A stretch of 64,000 nt of DNA. It comes from an uncultured delta proteobacterium (GTDB taxonomy: Bacteria; Desulfobacterota; Binatia; UBA9968). The stretch spans positions 480,001 to 544,000 of the forward strand of contig CAWFJP010000004.1 of NCBI GenBank assembly GCA_963816145.1, read 5' to 3'. The notes under the pieces were generated by a model, which did no database searches, was not told the origin of the DNA, and saw only the letters and a program-made list of their open reading frames with translations. Every line of letters starts with the position of its first letter. Positions within the stretch are counted from its first letter, which is position 1. The position numbers were made by a program, and so were the translations under genes. Positions 60,161 through 64,000 of the stretch are shown piece by piece.

Positions 60161-61285
60161 ATGACTAGTCGCCCTGTTGGTTCCCTTGCGCCTTGGCTAG
60201 GCTTTGCGCTTATTTTATTGGCGACCCAAAGCCACGCGGCCCAAGCCGACTGGAAGAAGGACTGGGAGCAAACCGTCGCGGCGGCTAAAAAGGAGGGCCA
60301 GGTCACCGTCTATATTTACCGCTACGAAGGTTTGCTGCAGGATTTCAAGCGCGACTATCCCGGCATCAACGTCGTCGCGGTCACCGGCCGGGGTAACGAC
60401 CTCACCAACCGAATTATCGCCGAACGGCGCGGCGGCAAGTTTATCGTCGATATCTATAGCGGCGGCACCAACAGTCTTTATAATACGCTTTACAAAGGCA
60501 AAGTACTCGATCCGCTCAAGCCGCTGCTGACGCTGCCGGAAGTGACTGATCTATCCAAGTGGTATAATCACGAGCATCGTTACGCCGATCCCGAGGGTAA
60601 ATATATCTTTGCCTTCATCGGCTCGCCGAGCAACGCCCAGTTGGCCTACAATACCAATCTGGTCAATCCCAAGGAGTTCAAATCCTATACCGACGTGATC
60701 AACCCCAAGTGGAAGGGCAAGATCGTCTCCCTCGATCCGCGCGATACCGGACTCGGCGCGACCATGCAATTTTGGTACTTCAATCCGGAAATCGGCCCTG
60801 AGTACATGAAGAGGTTTTTCGGCGGCATGGATGTCTCCTACGCGAAAAACTTCCAGCAGATGACCAACTGGCTGGCGCAAGGCAAATACGCCATCTGCAT
60901 GGGCTGCAAAGACTCGGCGCGGGCAAAGAAGCAGGGGCTGCCGGTGGACGATTTCGACACCAATCATTGGAAAGAAGGTTCGAGCTTCTCTGCTGGCGGC
61001 GGTTCCGTTAGCTACTTGAATCAGGCGCCGCATCCCAACGCCGCCAAGGTTTTCATCAACTGGTTCCTGTCGCGAAAAGGTCAGATCGCGCTGCAAAAAC
61101 TCGGTGATGTCGACGATCCGGCGAATTCACGGCGCATCGATATTCCGAAAGATGATATTCCGCCGGACAACCGGCTCCAGCCGGGAGTGAAGTATTTCGA
61201 CGTGGTCAAGCCGGAATATGGCGATATGAAACAGATCTTCGATCTGGCCAAAGAGATCATGGCCGGAGTGGATAAAGGCAAGTAG
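60161..61285 (+). CDS. Extracellular solute-binding protein, array member 9 (close tandem paralog of member 8)
   Basis: WKKDWEQTVAAAKKEG; YIYRYEGLLQDFKRD shared with member 8; ICMGC. Confidence 0.88.
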   Translation: MTSRPVGSLAPWLGFALILLATQSHAAQADWKKDWEQTVAAAKKEGQVTVYIYRYEGLLQDFKRDYPGINVVAVTGRGNDLTNRIIAERRGGKFIVDIYSGGTNSLYNTLYKGKVLDPLKPLLTLPEVTDLSKWYNHEHRYADPEGKYIFAFIGSPSNAQLAYNTNLVNPKEFKSYTDVINPKWKGKIVSLDPRDTGLGATMQFWYFNPEIGPEYMKRFFGGMDVSYAKNFQQMTNWLAQGKYAICMGCKDSARAKKQGLPVDDFDTNHWKEGSSFSAGGGSVSYLNQAPHPNAAKVFINWFLSRKGQIALQKLGDVDDPANSRRIDIPKDDIPPDNRLQPGVKYFDVVKPEYGDMKQIFDLAKEIMAGVDKGK

Positions 61286-61354
61286 GAATTCGAGATGCGT
61301 ATCAAGTTTATATGATACACGAAGCGGCAGCAATTCAGACACCTTCCCCATCGA

Positions 61355-61486
61355 CAGACTGTGTCGCAATGCGCAAATGTGGCACATCTGTCATCCCGAG
61401 CGCAGCGAGGGATCTCGTGTTTTCAGCCACATACGAAGAAGAGATTTCTCGGCTTCACCTCGAAATGACAGTTGCGACACAGCCTC
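61355..61486. mobile_element. MITE-like element (copy 3, inverted relative to 40500-40631)
   Basis: TIRs CAGACTGTGTCGCAA / TTGCGACACAGCCTC; interior is close to the reverse complement of copy 1. Confidence 0.75.
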
Positions 61487-61560
61487 CGAGGGGGAGGATT
61501 AAAGAATTAGAGGTTGAACCAACTTCAGTTTGATCACTTATTGGTCCCAAGGAGCGCGAT

Positions 61561-62727
61561 ATGCTCACCAAAGAAGAAAACGAATTGCTCACCAGTGTTG
61601 GCCGCGGCACGCCGGGCGGCGAACTCTTGCGGCGCTACTGGATGCCGGTGGCCTGCACCGGCGAACTGACCGAAGAGAAGTCGATCAAGGCTTTTCGTTT
61701 GTTGGGCGAAGATTTGGTGGTCTATCGCGACAAAGCGGGGCGTTATGGAGTGGTTGGCGAACAGTGTCCACACCGGAAGGCGTCGCTCGCGTTTGGCCGT
61801 GTCGACGAAGAAGGAATTCGTTGTCCGTATCACGGTTGGAAATTCGATTGCACCGGCAAGTGTCTTGAAATGCCGGCAGAGCCGGAATCCGGCGGTTTCA
61901 AAGATAAGATCAAGCATGTCGCTTATCCGGCCGAACGGCTCGGCGGTTTGATCTGGACTTACATGGGACCGCAGCCGGCGCCGTTGTTGCCGCGTTGGGA
62001 TGTGCTCACCTGGGAGAATGGCAAACGCTGGGTGCAAAAGCATGAAATCTACAAATGCAACTGGCTCCAGCCGATGGAAAATTCCGTTGATCCTTCTCAT
62101 CTCTATTGGCTCCACGGCGACACCGCGCACCTGGCGCCGACGGTGGACCATTACGAGGAGGATCATCAATTCATGCCGTTCGAGTACGGCATTATGAAGC
62201 GGCGCATCACTCCCGGTCGCAGGGCCGGCGATCCACCGGTGGTCGATCAGCATCCGTTACTGTTCCCGATTACCCTGCGCCATGTGTTTCGCGCCACCAA
62301 AACAACCGGTTTCGTGCTCCACAATGTGCAAATCCGGGTGCCCGTCGACGATGCCCACACGCAGGTTTTCGTGGTCTACTTCACGCCCAACGATACCGAT
62401 AAGTCGCCGGCGGATGGCGATACCCCCTGGGAGTATTTCCCGATCCGCGACGAAAACGGCGAGTACCGTTTGACCGAGGTCTTGGTGCAGGACGCCATGG
62501 CGTGGGAAACCCAAGGCGCGCCGACCGATCGCACGCAGGAGCATTTGGGTGTCGGCGACGAAGGCATCATTTTGCTCAGAAAACTGCTGCGCGAACAGAT
62601 CGAGATCGTGCGCAACGGCGGCGAACCGCTCGGCATTGTGCGCGATGCGAAAAAGAATCGTTTGATCGAGTTCGAAGTGATCAACGAGCGCATCGGGCTG
62701 GTTGGCAAAGAACGAAAGGTGGCGTAA
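61561..62727 (+). CDS. Rieske oxygenase alpha subunit
   Basis: CPHRK..CPYHGW; ENSVDPSHLYWLH; QDAMAWETQG. Confidence 0.92.
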   Translation: MLTKEENELLTSVGRGTPGGELLRRYWMPVACTGELTEEKSIKAFRLLGEDLVVYRDKAGRYGVVGEQCPHRKASLAFGRVDEEGIRCPYHGWKFDCTGKCLEMPAEPESGGFKDKIKHVAYPAERLGGLIWTYMGPQPAPLLPRWDVLTWENGKRWVQKHEIYKCNWLQPMENSVDPSHLYWLHGDTAHLAPTVDHYEEDHQFMPFEYGIMKRRITPGRRAGDPPVVDQHPLLFPITLRHVFRATKTTGFVLHNVQIRVPVDDAHTQVFVVYFTPNDTDKSPADGDTPWEYFPIRDENGEYRLTEVLVQDAMAWETQGAPTDRTQEHLGVGDEGIILLRKLLREQIEIVRNGGEPLGIVRDAKKNRLIEFEVINERIGLVGKERKVA

Positions 62728-62813
62728 AAATTATCTTGTCGCAGCTGCGCCGAATTTTACTGGCCCCTCGCTGGGGGAAGGCAAGGATGGGGGGTGCTGC
62801 GCGCGATATTGGT

Positions 62814-62988
62814 CTAGTGTCCCGACCCAGAAGTTCACTGCATAATGCAACCGTCATTCCGGGCAAGCTGGCGATAGCTGGCGCGACCCGGAATCCAGAA
62901 GACTCGCGAATCTGGATGCCGGCTTTCGCCGGCATGACGATGTGAAGGCATCCGGCTCATTTTGCAAACTTCCGGCCCAGGACACTAG
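62814..62988. mobile_element. Second MITE type with CTAG ends (IS630/IS701-like TIRs) carrying an internal palindromic repeat
   Basis: TIRs CTAGTGTCCCGACCCAGAAGTT / AACTTCCGGCCCAGGACACTAG (18/22 match); interior GTCATTCCGG...CCGGCATGAC. Confidence 0.65.
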
Positions 62989-63106
62989 CTGGGTACCCCA
63001 CCTTTATTATCCCCCGTCGACGGGGAGGAAAGAAGATTCACAGTGCGGCGAGCGTTTTTAGTCGTTCGAAAATTTTTAGCGTGCAGTAATCAGGAGGAAG
63101 TTTTTA

Positions 63107-64000
63107 ATGGCCGAAATGAATTCACAACCCGTCGATCTCAAGCCGGAGCGGCTCGACACTTATAAAGTTTGGCAGGCCGAACAAAAGATTCCCTGCATTC
63201 GCGGTTTCTTCGTCAAGGACGTGAACACGGTTCCGGTGGAGTACTGGGATTTGAAAGGCGTGCCCTGTTCCTTCGTCGTGCTCGACGGCACCGGCGGTAC
63301 CAATGACGGCTACGTCTGCGAAATTCCCGCCGGCGGCAAGACCAAACCGCAGAAGCATATGTACGAGGAGATGGTCTATGTTTCCAAAGGCTACGGCGCG
63401 ACCACCGTGTGGCAGCGCGACGGCAAGAAGAAGCACACCTTCGAGTGGGGTCCGGGCAGCATGTTCGCGATCCCGATCAATGCCGACTACCAGCACTTCA
63501 ACGCCAGTGGGAGTGAAACTGCGCGGTACTTCGCGGTGACCAATTCGTGCTTCATGATGAACCTATTTCACAACAGCGATTACATCTTCAACAGCGACTA
63601 CGTTTTCACCGACCGCTTCGATCCGCACACCGAAGGTTATTTTAACGGCGAAGGAACGATCACCGGGCGATTTTTCATGACCACCAACTTCGTGCCCGAC
63701 ACGCACACGCTCAAGCTGACCAATTACGACGAGCGCGGCAAGGGCAGCACCAACATGAAATTCGACCTGGCGCGCAACACCATGGGCGCGCATATCTCGG
63801 AGTTTCCCGTGGGGACCTACAAAAAAGGCCATCGCCATGGTCCCGGCGCGCATGTGATTATTCTTTCCGGCCAGGGCTATTCGGTCTTGTGGAAGGACGG
63901 CGAGCCCGAGCGCGTCGACTGGGGGCGCGGCAGCGTCGTGGTGCCGCCGGATCAGTGGTTCCATCAGCATTTCAATTCCGGTGCGGCGCCGGCGCGTTAT
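63107..64000 (+). CDS. Bicupin protein, runs off the window end (not in ORF track)
   Basis: AGGAGG RBS; MAEMNSQP..YVCEIPAGGKTKPQKHMYEE, GYGATTVW, HRHGPGAH, WFHQHFN. Confidence 0.85.
   Translation, partial: MAEMNSQPVDLKPERLDTYKVWQAEQKIPCIRGFFVKDVNTVPVEYWDLKGVPCSFVVLDGTGGTNDGYVCEIPAGGKTKPQKHMYEEMVYVSKGYGATTVWQRDGKKKHTFEWGPGSMFAIPINADYQHFNASGSETARYFAVTNSCFMMNLFHNSDYIFNSDYVFTDRFDPHTEGYFNGEGTITGRFFMTTNFVPDTHTLKLTNYDERGKGSTNMKFDLARNTMGAHISEFPVGTYKKGHRHGPGAHVIILSGQGYSVLWKDGEPERVDWGRGSVVVPPDQWFHQHFNSGAAPARY

Overview
GC-rich bacterial window. Its gene content (many paralogous solute-binding proteins, Rieske oxygenases, UbiD decarboxylases, dense REP-like repeats) resembles soil Deltaproteobacteria/Ca. 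Binatota MAGs; this is an inference. 0-20.5 kb: ABC transport and mixed metabolism (Fe/polyamine-type ABC operon, GT39-like protein, metallophosphoesterase, stand-alone carboxyltransferase, amidase, aminotransferase, MFS, ettA, MBL-fold lactonase). 20.5-33.3 kb: an accessory island with a stand-alone adenylation-PCP-ATP-grasp fusion, an IS1634 remnant, a PAS protein, two VapBC-type TA modules, an enolase-superfamily gene with a duplicated 3' end, a full-length group II intron whose empty target site survives in the duplicate, and an AT-rich TIR-TPR-beta-rich gene. 33.3-37.1 kb: XDH/CoxMSL-family molybdoenzyme operon. 37.7-64 kb: a co-oriented aromatic-catabolism region (2 bicupins, 2 UbiD, 3 Rieske oxygenases, a dihydrodiol dehydrogenase) interleaved with 12 binding-protein-fold genes that have no local permease, separated by nested MITE/REP and 7-9 bp periodic repeats. 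Many single-base frameshifts look like long-read errors. Best novelty candidates: the A-T-ATP-grasp enzyme, the TIR-TPR protein, the CxxC-bearing SBP array, and the signal-less His-rich PBP-fold proteins. All family calls are from motif recognition by eye; no searches were run.
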